Source: a virus
Lineage: Duplodnaviria > Caudoviricetes
Length of the DNA stretch: 64,000 bases
Virus record (IMG/VR): IMGVR_UViG_3300042518_000285
Coordinates: 981 to 64,980 of that record
Direction: 5' to 3' (one strand)
Both the position numbers and the translations under genes were made by a program. Under the pieces are notes generated by a model. That model worked only from the letters and a program-made list of their open reading frames with translations, did no database searches and was not told the origin of the DNA. Positions 27,093 through 35,701 of this stretch are shown here, piece by piece. The first letter of the stretch is position 1, and each line of letters opens with the position of its first letter.

Positions 27093-28109
27093 ATGCCAAC
27101 TACATACAACAATAGTTTGCGAATTGCGGAGATCGGTACTGGCGAACAGGCGGGTGTATGGGGCAATACGACCAACTACAACCTAGCTACGCTTATTACT
27201 GAAGCGATTACTGGCGTTCTAGAAATTCCGATAACGACAAGTACAGCGCCAAGCGACAAGCAGGCTTTGCAGGCATTGGAAGGTTTGACGGATGAATCTC
27301 GTCAAGCGGTGCTGCTTTTGACAGGTTCGCCTCCCGCAGCATTTACGTTATTGCCGCCTCCGACGAATAAAACCTACATCATAAAAAACAGTACCACTAG
27401 AACCGCCACCATAAGTGTGTCGGATGGTCTAAATTCCACCACCGCAAGTGGGGGAACAACCGTAGCAATTCCTACCGGCAAGACCATAGCGGTTTACTGC
27501 TATTACGACGGTACCGTATGGGATGCAGCAGCAGGAACAGATCATGTAGTTGGCAACCTCTCCGTTACCGGCGACGGTACGTATGGAGGTACAGGAAGTT
27601 TAGGTGTTCCTACAGGAAGTACGCCACAACGTGCTGGTACAGGTATTCGCTACAACACGACGCTCGGTCAGTACGAAGGCTATGACATAAACACAAGTGT
27701 GTGGAGCGGTATTGGCGGCGGTGCAACTGGCGGGGCTAACAACCAGATATTTTATGAGAACGGGCAGGAGATAACAGCAAGTTACGCCATCCCATCTGGT
27801 AAAAACGCAATGTGTACCGGACCAGTTACTGTGATCCCTCTTGAGTTTGATGCCACAATTACTGATGGCGGTTCAGGTGCGGGAACCATATTAAACGTAA
27901 GCAGTGTTGCTAGTGGCGTTCTTTATATTGGCGCTGTTATAACTGGTAGTGGTGTATCCCCCGGTACAACAATTACGGCGTTTGGTACAGGTACTGGAGG
28001 TACTGGCACTTATACGGTTAGCATTTCTCAAGGACCTATAGGTACTACCACCATGTCACAGGACATCACCGTCACCGTGCCTAATGGCTCCCGTTGGGTT
28101 ATTTTGTAA
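27093..28109 (+). CDS. Tail/fibre structural protein
   Basis: [13 protein letters not shown]-terminus, [35 protein letters not shown]. Confidence 0.7.
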   Translation: MPTTYNNSLRIAEIGTGEQAGVWGNTTNYNLATLITEAITGVLEIPITTSTAPSDKQALQALEGLTDESRQAVLLLTGSPPAAFTLLPPPTNKTYIIKNSTTRTATISVSDGLNSTTASGGTTVAIPTGKTIAVYCYYDGTVWDAAAGTDHVVGNLSVTGDGTYGGTGSLGVPTGSTPQRAGTGIRYNTTLGQYEGYDINTSVWSGIGGGATGGANNQIFYENGQEITASYAIPSGKNAMCTGPVTVIPLEFDATITDGGSGAGTILNVSSVASGVLYIGAVITGSGVSPGTTITAFGTGTGGTGTYTVSISQGPIGTTTMSQDITVTVPNGSRWVIL

Positions 28110-28118
28110 GAGGCGAAC

Positions 28119-28769
28119 ATGGCTACTACGATTAAAGCAGGTAATACGACAGGTGGCACTTCGGTTGCTAGTGACGGTACCGGTATATTGGAGTTGAAAA
28201 CAGGCTCTGGCTCTGGCACTACCGCGCTAACTTTAGATGCCTCACAAAACGCAACATTTGCGGGGAACATTACTTCTTCCACTGGGGGAATATATCCGAT
28301 TGTGTCGGGTACAGCGGTTACGCTGACTGACCAGACTGCACCTGAATTTACAGGCATACCGTCGTGGGTGAAGCGGATTACGGTAATCTTTAACCTTGTA
28401 AATACTAGCGGTAGCAGTGTGCCTTTAATCCAACTTGGAACATCAAGTTCGTACGTAACTTCTGGATATTCGACCGCAGCAACACGGCTTCAAGATTCCT
28501 CAGCGGTATCAGTTGGCGCGTCAACAAGCGGGTTTCACATAAACTCAATATCGTCGTCAAATGCTCTCTCTGGGAATATGGTAATTACCAATATTTCAGG
28601 AAACGTATGGGTAGCGCAAGGATCATTCGCAAGCACGCTATCAGGTAACTTTGTGTTTACTTCTGCCGGTCGTGTTGATCTTTTTAGCGCCGCACTTACG
28701 CGACTACGTCTTTACATCGATGGCACACAGTTTTTCGATAACGGTAGTTTTAACATCTTGTACGAATAA
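28119..28769 (+). CDS. Tail-associated structural protein
   Basis: FTGIPSWVKRITV...ILYE domain shared with 29681..30181. Confidence 0.7.
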   Translation: MATTIKAGNTTGGTSVASDGTGILELKTGSGSGTTALTLDASQNATFAGNITSSTGGIYPIVSGTAVTLTDQTAPEFTGIPSWVKRITVIFNLVNTSGSSVPLIQLGTSSSYVTSGYSTAATRLQDSSAVSVGASTSGFHINSISSSNALSGNMVITNISGNVWVAQGSFASTLSGNFVFTSAGRVDLFSAALTRLRLYIDGTQFFDNGSFNILYE

Positions 28770-28782
28770 CACGGAGGCGTAA

Positions 28783-29670
28783 ATGTCAACAGGATTAAAA
28801 GCAAACGACGACGGTTCCGCAGCAATTCAAGTTGGTGGATCTGACTATTTGACGGTTACGTCAGGAGGCGCTGCGACTTTTGTTACCAGCCCAACCACGA
28901 TGCCATCAGTTACGTTGCATCCGTCTGGCAGTGCTGCAACACCTTCAATTAGTTTTGTTGGGGATACAGATACCGGTATTTATCGCCCCTATAGTAATGC
29001 CGTCGCGCTTACTGCCGCAGGGTCAGAGGTTGCGGTATTTAATTCTTTTGGTAATGTTGCTTTTGACGCGGGTTACGGTTCAGTTACTGATGTTTATGGT
29101 TGCCGCGCATGGGTAAATTTTAATAGTCAGGCTGCGGTCACTAGCGCTGATGTCGCTTCAAGTTATTCTCAATTTGGTACGACTGTTACTGTTAATACAT
29201 CCCCTGTTGGTCACTCGCTTAAAGTGGGGGATATAGCTTATAACGACATAACTTCTGGAACAGCCCTTGATGGTTCGTATGTTGTTGCCACCGTAACTGA
29301 TGGGTTCGAGTTTACGTACACAGCTAGTACTTCACTGACAACTAGTGGTACTTGTGTTTTAAAGCGCTGCCGTATCGATGGGAGTGGAAACGTAGCTACC
29401 GTATCTCGAATTAACGGAACTGCGGCTGGCGTTGGGGGTATATCGCCGGGAATATTCGGAATAAACTTTGCGACCCCTATGCCCGATGTTAACTATTCTA
29501 TGTCCGGGGTAATAAAATACATCTCTGATAATACATTTACTGGGAATATATATTTGAGCATAGCACGGGCTGCTAACAACCCAAGAGTTAATTACGTGAT
29601 TGTGGTATGTGCTGGTACTGACGGTACTCGCTACGATTGTGAAATCGTAACCGCACAATTCATTCGTTAA
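28783..29670 (+). CDS. Tail fibre-like protein
   Basis: PSISFVGDTDTGIY, CRAWVNF, INFATPMPDVNY motifs plus an FCCH-like insert. Confidence 0.7.
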   Translation: MSTGLKANDDGSAAIQVGGSDYLTVTSGGAATFVTSPTTMPSVTLHPSGSAATPSISFVGDTDTGIYRPYSNAVALTAAGSEVAVFNSFGNVAFDAGYGSVTDVYGCRAWVNFNSQAAVTSADVASSYSQFGTTVTVNTSPVGHSLKVGDIAYNDITSGTALDGSYVVATVTDGFEFTYTASTSLTTSGTCVLKRCRIDGSGNVATVSRINGTAAGVGGISPGIFGINFATPMPDVNYSMSGVIKYISDNTFTGNIYLSIARAANNPRVNYVIVVCAGTDGTRYDCEIVTAQFIR

Positions 29671-29680
29671 GGAGCCTATT

Positions 29681-30181
29681 ATGTCTGTAATCATAAATGG
29701 CAATGCAGGTGTCACGACATCATCAGGTGCTGTGTATAACAGCTTGCAAAGAGACACAGTTAAGACAGCCACTGGTACGGCGGTTGACTTCACAGGAATT
29801 CCGCCGTGGGTTCGCCGGATTACGGTGATGTTTAATGGTGTTTCTTTGAGTGGAACTAACGACATACTTGTGCAAATTGGTGACGTTGACGGTATTGAAG
29901 ACACAGGTTATGTGTCAGGGTCAGGATCAGCCGTAAACAGCACCGCTGGGTTTGTAATCCGCGTGGGAAATTCCCTTCGTCTTGTCTACGGAATTATGCA
30001 AATTTGCAACCTAACCGGAAATAATTGGGTTTCTATGCACTCAATAAACGCTGGCACAACAGCGGATTTTGCTGGCGGCGGTGGCAAAACTTTATCGGGC
30101 ACCCTTACCCAAGTTCGTATCACTAGAACTAGCACGAACTCCTTCGACAATTTTGGAACAATCAACATCCTGTACGAGTAA
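29681..30181 (+). CDS. Tail-associated structural protein, paralog of 28119..28769
   Basis: FTGIPPWVRRITVMFN...INILYE. Confidence 0.7.
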   Translation: MSVIINGNAGVTTSSGAVYNSLQRDTVKTATGTAVDFTGIPPWVRRITVMFNGVSLSGTNDILVQIGDVDGIEDTGYVSGSGSAVNSTAGFVIRVGNSLRLVYGIMQICNLTGNNWVSMHSINAGTTADFAGGGGKTLSGTLTQVRITRTSTNSFDNFGTINILYE

Positions 30182-30184
30182 AAA

Positions 30185-30871
30185 ATTGACCCGCTAACTC
30201 TACTCGCCGCTGCAAATGCTGCTGTTGCAGCGGTCAAGGCTGGATGCAAGCTTTACAAGGACATCAAAGGCGCAGCGGGGGAAGTTGGCGACGTACTGAA
30301 AGATTTGAAGGAGCAGTACAACAAGATAGTAGACCCGACACCTGCACAAAAAGCACAGTACAACGCGGAAGTGCAGCGGGTGCAGGAGATAGCCAAAGCT
30401 GACCCGAACGACGTATTTACCGACATCGGCAATCAGTTAGGCGTGTTGATGGATGCGCATGACGAGATCAGCAAGCTATTCTTGAAGGAGCAGATCGAAG
30501 CCAAGCAAGTCTATAAAGGTGAAGAGAGTATAGGTAAGCGGGCGTTGCGGCGGATACTGATCAACTCAAGGCTGGATGCAATATGGGCAGAGGTCAGAGA
30601 AACGATGGTGTACAAAGCCCCGCCGGAGTTGGGTGCATTGTGGGGTAAGTTTGATGAGATGCGGCAGAAGATTGTTGCCGAACAGGAGGTAGCCCACGCA
30701 GAGGAACTTAGACTGGCTCAGATAGCATCATGGCGACGCAAAAGAAGAATAGCGGAAATCAAGTCAAAGGTGGCATGGGTTTCGGCAGTGGTGTTCGTAG
30801 TTATATGGGCGGTGGGAATAATGTGGCTGACGACAAGAAGCGCGATACAGAGGATGTCCCTTGGTCATTGA
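30185..30871 (+). CDS. Coiled-coil membrane-anchored protein of the lysis region; probable ATT start
   Basis: Frame is open from ATT-GAC-CCG (IDPLTLLAAANAAVAAVKAG...), 40 codons upstream of the ORF-track TTG; C-terminal TM helix. Confidence 0.65.
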   Translation: MDPLTLLAAANAAVAAVKAGCKLYKDIKGAAGEVGDVLKDLKEQYNKIVDPTPAQKAQYNAEVQRVQEIAKADPNDVFTDIGNQLGVLMDAHDEISKLFLKEQIEAKQVYKGEESIGKRALRRILINSRLDAIWAEVRETMVYKAPPELGALWGKFDEMRQKIVAEQEVAHAEELRLAQIASWRRKRRIAEIKSKVAWVSAVVFVVIWAVGIMWLTTRSAIQRMSLGH

Positions 30872-31035
30872 TTGTTGTAGTAATGGCAGTGCTGCTGATG
30901 TTTTTTATTGTCATGCCAATACTGGCATTTATGTATTACGACATGTATTACGCGACACAGGCGGCGGTGCATGAGGTGAGGAAGATGCGGGAACTGCGCA
31001 AAGAAATACAGCTTGAAAGGATGTACGACAGATGA
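30730..31035 (+). CDS. Single-TM protein (holin/antiholin candidate); start uncertain
   Basis: TM WSLIVVVMAVLLMFFIVMPILAFMYY; stop overlaps endolysin start. Confidence 0.55.
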   Translation: MATQKKNSGNQVKGGMGFGSGVRSYMGGGNNVADDKKRDTEDVPWSLIVVVMAVLLMFFIVMPILAFMYYDMYYATQAAVHEVRKMRELRKEIQLERMYDR

Positions 31036-31685
31036 TCACGTTGGCACAATTCAAGAGGTTTGCCCCCAACACTAGATACGCACAACAGTGGTACGACACG
31101 CTGTTTGGCCCCCAGACCGAGCTGGGCGGTAAGTCGCTTCTAGAGGAATATCAGATCAACACCAAACCACGTGTTGCATCGTTCTTAGCACAGTGTGCCC
31201 ATGAGTCGGGCGGTTTTGTGTTTGTCACAGAGAACCTGAACTACAGCGCGTCTGGCTTGATGCGTGTCTTCCCGAAGTACTTTCCAACCCAAGACCTTGC
31301 CAAGCAGTACGAGCGTAACCCACGGAAGATCGCCAGCCGTGTGTACGCCAACCGGATGGGTAATGGGGATGAAGCTAGTCAGGAGGGCTTCGTATTCCGT
31401 GGACGTGGGATTTTGCAGTTGACCGGCAAGGATAACTATTTTTGGTTCGGTGCGTCGTTGAACCTGACCCCAGAGCAAGCGTCAGAGTACTTGGAGACCT
31501 TCGAGGGTGCAGCCCAGAGCGCGTGCTGGTTCTGGGAGACAAATAAACTAAACGCGTTGGCAGATGCTGGGGACATCAAACAGATGACTAAGCGGATCAA
31601 CGGCGGCTATATTGGATTGGCAGATAGGGAGCATCACTATGAGATGGCGCTTAATATGTTTGGCTCTGGTACTCGTCTGGCTTAG
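31032..31685 (+). CDS. Endolysin, glycoside hydrolase family 19
   Basis: FLAQCAHESGG, ENLNYS, YANRMGNG, FRGRGILQLTGKDNY, TKRINGG. Confidence 0.92.
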   Translation: MITLAQFKRFAPNTRYAQQWYDTLFGPQTELGGKSLLEEYQINTKPRVASFLAQCAHESGGFVFVTENLNYSASGLMRVFPKYFPTQDLAKQYERNPRKIASRVYANRMGNGDEASQEGFVFRGRGILQLTGKDNYFWFGASLNLTPEQASEYLETFEGAAQSACWFWETNKLNALADAGDIKQMTKRINGGYIGLADREHHYEMALNMFGSGTRLA

Positions 31686-31890
31686 TGGGTGTGAGCGGGT
31701 TAGATATTTTTGTCAGAACCCAGAAAACTGGGACAAACCACGATGCCAACGCCCACAATGTGCTGTAACAGGAACTTGCCCGGATCAGTTGTTGAAACCG
31801 GAAGTGATGAAAGAGGAACCCAATGAACCCGCTAAAACTAATAAGCCAGTTCCTTGCGCTGACACAGGAACAACACGATGCAGTAATTAA
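31639..31890 (+). CDS. Cys-rich lipoprotein
   Basis: MRWRLICLALVLVWLSGC lipobox; overlaps both neighbours. Confidence 0.65.
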   Translation: MRWRLICLALVLVWLSGCERVRYFCQNPENWDKPRCQRPQCAVTGTCPDQLLKPEVMKEEPNEPAKTNKPVPCADTGTTRCSN

Positions 31891-32293
31891 GTTCTTTATC
31901 GCTGTTACGTTCTGCTGCGTCGTTATCATCATGGTGGGCGTGAGCTTGTATTCAGTCGTATTCGTCGAGCAACCGATGAGCGGGATGGCCCCGGCGGACA
32001 AGCAGTTCTTCCTCATCCTTTCCGACATGTCTAAATACATATTGGGGAGTCTTGCTACCCTGCTGGCGGTTAAGGGCAAAGACGCGCTGCCAATGTTCAC
32101 ACCGCCCGGCCTATCTACCAAAGAAGAGCGGGACGACAAGCCAACGCCACCGGCACCCAAGGCACCTGCTGCAACCCAAGCACCTGTGCGTATGGAGCCA
32201 AGCATTGACCCAATCAGTTCACCCCCGCCGGTAGCCACAGGCTATGGCGGTAAGCCAGCACCCGTACAACCACCACACCCGGAGATCGTATGA
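31823..32293 (+). CDS. Holin-like membrane protein
   Basis: Two hydrophobic segments and a Pro-rich tail, in the lysis cassette. Confidence 0.6.
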   Translation: MNPLKLISQFLALTQEQHDAVIKFFIAVTFCCVVIIMVGVSLYSVVFVEQPMSGMAPADKQFFLILSDMSKYILGSLATLLAVKGKDALPMFTPPGLSTKEERDDKPTPPAPKAPAATQAPVRMEPSIDPISSPPPVATGYGGKPAPVQPPHPEIV

Positions 32294-32481
32294 AACTGCT
32301 AACTTTACGTATGATTGGCACCGTCGTTGCCAGCTTGTTCTTGGCGTTCCAGATTCATGCCCAAGAGACCAAGAAGGTCTGCAACAAGCAGAAGGACAGC
32401 AAGGGTAAGGAAGTTCAGGTCTGCAAAGAGATCAAGATTCATAAGAAGCTCGACGGCACCAAAGTACCGGAGAAGAAATGA
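32290..32481 (+). CDS. Small secreted basic protein
   Basis: Signal peptide ending IHA, two Cys. Confidence 0.6.
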   Translation: MKLLTLRMIGTVVASLFLAFQIHAQETKKVCNKQKDSKGKEVQVCKEIKIHKKLDGTKVPEKK

Positions 32482-32948
32482 ATCCGTGGGTAATACTTGG
32501 CTTTGTGCTGGCTGTTGGCGCAGCGGCTGGGGGCGGGTATTATAAAGGCAATTCTGCGGGCAAAGCCGAGGTGCAGCAGGCGTGGGATAAGGAAAAGGCT
32601 GAGCAGTATGCAGCCTACGCCAAAGGGCAGGAAGAAGCTCGGAAGCGCGAACAAGATATGCAAGAGGCAGCGGACAGGCTGCGGAGGGAGAAGGATCGTG
32701 AAACGCGTGAGCTTGCTGCTAGGAATACCGCTCTTGTTAACAGCCTGCGCGACAGGAATGAGCGCCCCACCCAAGGCAATTCCGTGTCCGGTACCACCGG
32801 TGTTGGATCAGGCGGCTGTACCGGAAAAGAGCTTTACCGACCGGATAGCGAATTTCTTGTCCGGCTCGCTGGAGAAGCCGACGAACTCCGGTTCGCCCTC
32901 AAGCAGTGCTACTCCCAGTACAACGCCGCAAGACAAAAGGTGAACTAA
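32478..32948 (+). CDS. Rz: Inner-membrane spanin (Rz-like)
   Basis: N-terminal TM, coiled coil, C-terminal ADELRFALKQC. Confidence 0.8.
   Translation: MNPWVILGFVLAVGAAAGGGYYKGNSAGKAEVQQAWDKEKAEQYAAYAKGQEEARKREQDMQEAADRLRREKDRETRELAARNTALVNSLRDRNERPTQGNSVSGTTGVGSGGCTGKELYRPDSEFLVRLAGEADELRFALKQCYSQYNAARQKVN
32698..32943 (+). CDS. Rz1: Outer-membrane spanin lipoprotein (Rz1-like), embedded in Rz
   Basis: GTG start after GGAGAAGGA; MKRVSLLLGIPLLLTAC lipobox, Pro-rich, +1 frame. Confidence 0.75.
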   Translation: MKRVSLLLGIPLLLTACATGMSAPPKAIPCPVPPVLDQAAVPEKSFTDRIANFLSGSLEKPTNSGSPSSSATPSTTPQDKR

Positions 32949-35324
32949 ATGCCGTTGCAGAAACTACAGTTTCGCCCCGGTGTAAACCGCGAAGGCACGA
33001 CACTTGCCAACGAAGGTGGTTGGTACGACTGTGACAAGGTGCGCTTTCGTTCTGGCTACCCAGAGAAGATTGGCGGGTGGACGACACTCTCTACACAAAC
33101 TTTTATCGGTACGTGCCGGTCATTGTGGAACTGGATATCGTTAAAATCGTTTAATTTATTGGGGGTTGGAACTGAAAAGAAGTTTTATATCGAATACGGT
33201 GGTCTTTACTACGATATTACGCCACTTCGTCGCAGGGTTACGCTTACCAATCCGTTTACTACCAACATAGACCCCGGTACAGAAAATATCGTTACTGTGA
33301 CGGACGTTGATCATGGCGCTATTACAGGTGACTACGTCACTTTTTCTGGTGCTTCATCTGTCGGTGGTTTGACCCTAAACGGCGAGTACGAAATTACGTA
33401 CGTCAATACAGACACGTACACGATTGTTGCATCAAGTAATGCTACTTCCGCTGCAACCGGTGGGGGTACTGTATTAGCTCAATACCAGATCAATAACGGC
33501 ACAAACGTCGGTACTTCACAAGATGGTTGGGGCGCAGGTCTATGGGGCGGTGTTGTTACTGGCTCGACAATTACGCAGCTTAATGGGGCGATCAATAGTT
33601 CAGTAACTACTATAACTGTAGACTCTACCGCTAGTTTCCCTTCAAATGGGACGCTCTTAATTGGCAACGAACTCATAACCTATAGCGGCACGAATTCCCC
33701 TACCAATACGCAGTTTACTGGTTGCGTTCGCGGAGCATTAGGTACTAACCCGCCCGGATCGCCGGGTGTAGGCTATACCCATGCAGATAACTCCGTAGTT
33801 ACTAATGCACTTAATTACTATGGATGGGGCGATAGCGGATCGGAATCTACAAACACGACACTGCGTCTGTGGAGCCAAAGTAACTTTGGTCAGGACTTGT
33901 TGTTTAACCCACGACAAGGCGGTCTTTATTATTGGTCGCCGGGCACTGGCGCTGCCCCAGATGTAGGTACGCGAGGTGTTTTAGTTGGCTCATTCTCTGG
34001 CACTGCTAACATTAACTCGACAACGACGCTTACTGTTACGTTTGTCACTTCCGGGTCTATCCATATTGGTATGACTGTATCAGGAACTGGTATCCCAGCA
34101 GCTACAACTATTGTTGGGTTTGGTACGGGCACCGGCGGTGCAGGCACTTATATTATGAGTGCAGCGGCTACATCAACGACTACAGGAATTGCACTTACCG
34201 GTACGTCAGATGTGCCTTCCGCGATTAACGAGATTCTAGTATCTGATACGTCACGTATCGTTCTTGCGTTCGGTTGTAATGATTATGGTTCTCCAGACCA
34301 AGACCCACTTCTAATTCGTTGGACTGCCCAAGAAAGCTATACCGACTGGACAGTCACACCAACAAATCAAGCCGGTAGTTATCGTCTGTCGCACGGGTCG
34401 TACATTGTAGGTGCTCTACAGACTCGCCAAGAGATTCTTGTTTGGACAGACGCTGCCATTTATTCCATGCAGTATCTCGGCCCACCGTTTGTTTGGGGTT
34501 TTACACTTCTCGCTGACAATATCTCTATTGCCTCGCAAAACGTAATGGCTACTGCGGCGGGTGTGGTGTACTGGATGGGTGTCGATAAGTTTTACATTTA
34601 TTCCGGTCGAGTCGAGACACTACCATGCTCGGTGCGCACGTATGTCTTTAACGACATGAACCGTAGTCAGTTTGCGCAGTTTTTCTCTGGCTCTAATGAA
34701 GGGTTTAGTGAAATATGGTGGTTCTACTGTTCAGCTAATTCTGAAGTAATCGACCGCTACGTCATATTTAATTATCTTGATCGTGTTTGGTACTACGGCA
34801 CGTTAGAACGTACCGCATGGCTGGATTCCCCGCTTCGTGGGCAACCGTTAGCTGCTACTCTGGGCAACTTGCTTGTGTTTCATGAAAGCGGTAACGACGA
34901 CGGTATAACTAACCCACCTTCGCCAATTTATTCCTATATTCAGTCTTCAGATTTTGACATTCAGGATGGACATAATTACGGGTTTATATGGCGGGTGCTA
35001 CCGGACATTACGTTTAATGGATCAACAAACGTAACAGGTACAACCCCCAAAGTTACGATGACTATGCGCCCAAGACAGAACCCCGGTGCCCCATATAACG
35101 CTGCACCAAGCCCAACGGTGTCATCTACACAGAACTATGGCGGGGTTGAGAAAAACTACACGGTGCAAGAATTTACAGAAATTATCTACACCCGTGTCCG
35201 TGGTAGACAGATGGCGTTTAAGATTGAATCCAATAAACCGGGCTCGGTTGGCGCGAACGAAATTGGAACTCAATGGCAGTTGGGTGTGCCCCGCGTTGAC
35301 GTACGGCCTGACGGTAGAAGGTAA
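32949..35324 (+). CDS. Probable tail nozzle / DNA stabilisation protein (P22 gp10-like position)
   Basis: 791 aa beta-propeller-like (LIRW, ILVWTD, YWMG, EIWWFY), ends RPDGRR. Confidence 0.65.
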   Translation: MPLQKLQFRPGVNREGTTLANEGGWYDCDKVRFRSGYPEKIGGWTTLSTQTFIGTCRSLWNWISLKSFNLLGVGTEKKFYIEYGGLYYDITPLRRRVTLTNPFTTNIDPGTENIVTVTDVDHGAITGDYVTFSGASSVGGLTLNGEYEITYVNTDTYTIVASSNATSAATGGGTVLAQYQINNGTNVGTSQDGWGAGLWGGVVTGSTITQLNGAINSSVTTITVDSTASFPSNGTLLIGNELITYSGTNSPTNTQFTGCVRGALGTNPPGSPGVGYTHADNSVVTNALNYYGWGDSGSESTNTTLRLWSQSNFGQDLLFNPRQGGLYYWSPGTGAAPDVGTRGVLVGSFSGTANINSTTTLTVTFVTSGSIHIGMTVSGTGIPAATTIVGFGTGTGGAGTYIMSAAATSTTTGIALTGTSDVPSAINEILVSDTSRIVLAFGCNDYGSPDQDPLLIRWTAQESYTDWTVTPTNQAGSYRLSHGSYIVGALQTRQEILVWTDAAIYSMQYLGPPFVWGFTLLADNISIASQNVMATAAGVVYWMGVDKFYIYSGRVETLPCSVRTYVFNDMNRSQFAQFFSGSNEGFSEIWWFYCSANSEVIDRYVIFNYLDRVWYYGTLERTAWLDSPLRGQPLAATLGNLLVFHESGNDDGITNPPSPIYSYIQSSDFDIQDGHNYGFIWRVLPDITFNGSTNVTGTTPKVTMTMRPRQNPGAPYNAAPSPTVSSTQNYGGVEKNYTVQEFTEIIYTRVRGRQMAFKIESNKPGSVGANEIGTQWQLGVPRVDVRPDGRR

Positions 35325-35329
35325 TCAAA

Positions 35330-35650
35330 ATGGCAATACGAACTAAAGCAATTGCATTACCTAAAGCGCCGTTGCTGCCATTTGCGCCGGTACAGTATGA
35401 CCGCTCGTATCAAGACACGCTCAACAACATCTTGCGCCAATACTTCGGCACGATTGATAACCTTGCTGCACAGTTCTGTCTATTTGGTGTTTACGAAGTA
35501 GTTGACCTCCCCGGTGCCAGTAGTCTAGGAGCAGGGGCAAGGGCGTTTGTTATTGACTCTTCGGTAACGACGTTTGGCTCTACAGTCGCTGGCGGGGGCA
35601 GTTCCAAAGTACCGGTTTATTCGGACGGAACCGACTGGAAAGTTGGCTAA
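35330..35650 (+). CDS. Virion structural protein
   Basis: 106 aa ending VYSDGTDW. Confidence 0.65.
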   Translation: MAIRTKAIALPKAPLLPFAPVQYDRSYQDTLNNILRQYFGTIDNLAAQFCLFGVYEVVDLPGASSLGAGARAFVIDSSVTTFGSTVAGGGSSKVPVYSDGTDWKVG

Positions 35651-35701
35651 TTAGCGTACCGAAGTGTTAAACTTTGACAAATTTTATGGGATGAGGTAGC
35701 G

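Noticed and set aside
35665-35679. TGTTAAACTTTGACA imperfect inverted repeat as another copy of the early palindrome
   Set aside because: Different half-site order and spacing; the TTGACA has no -10 at a usable distance
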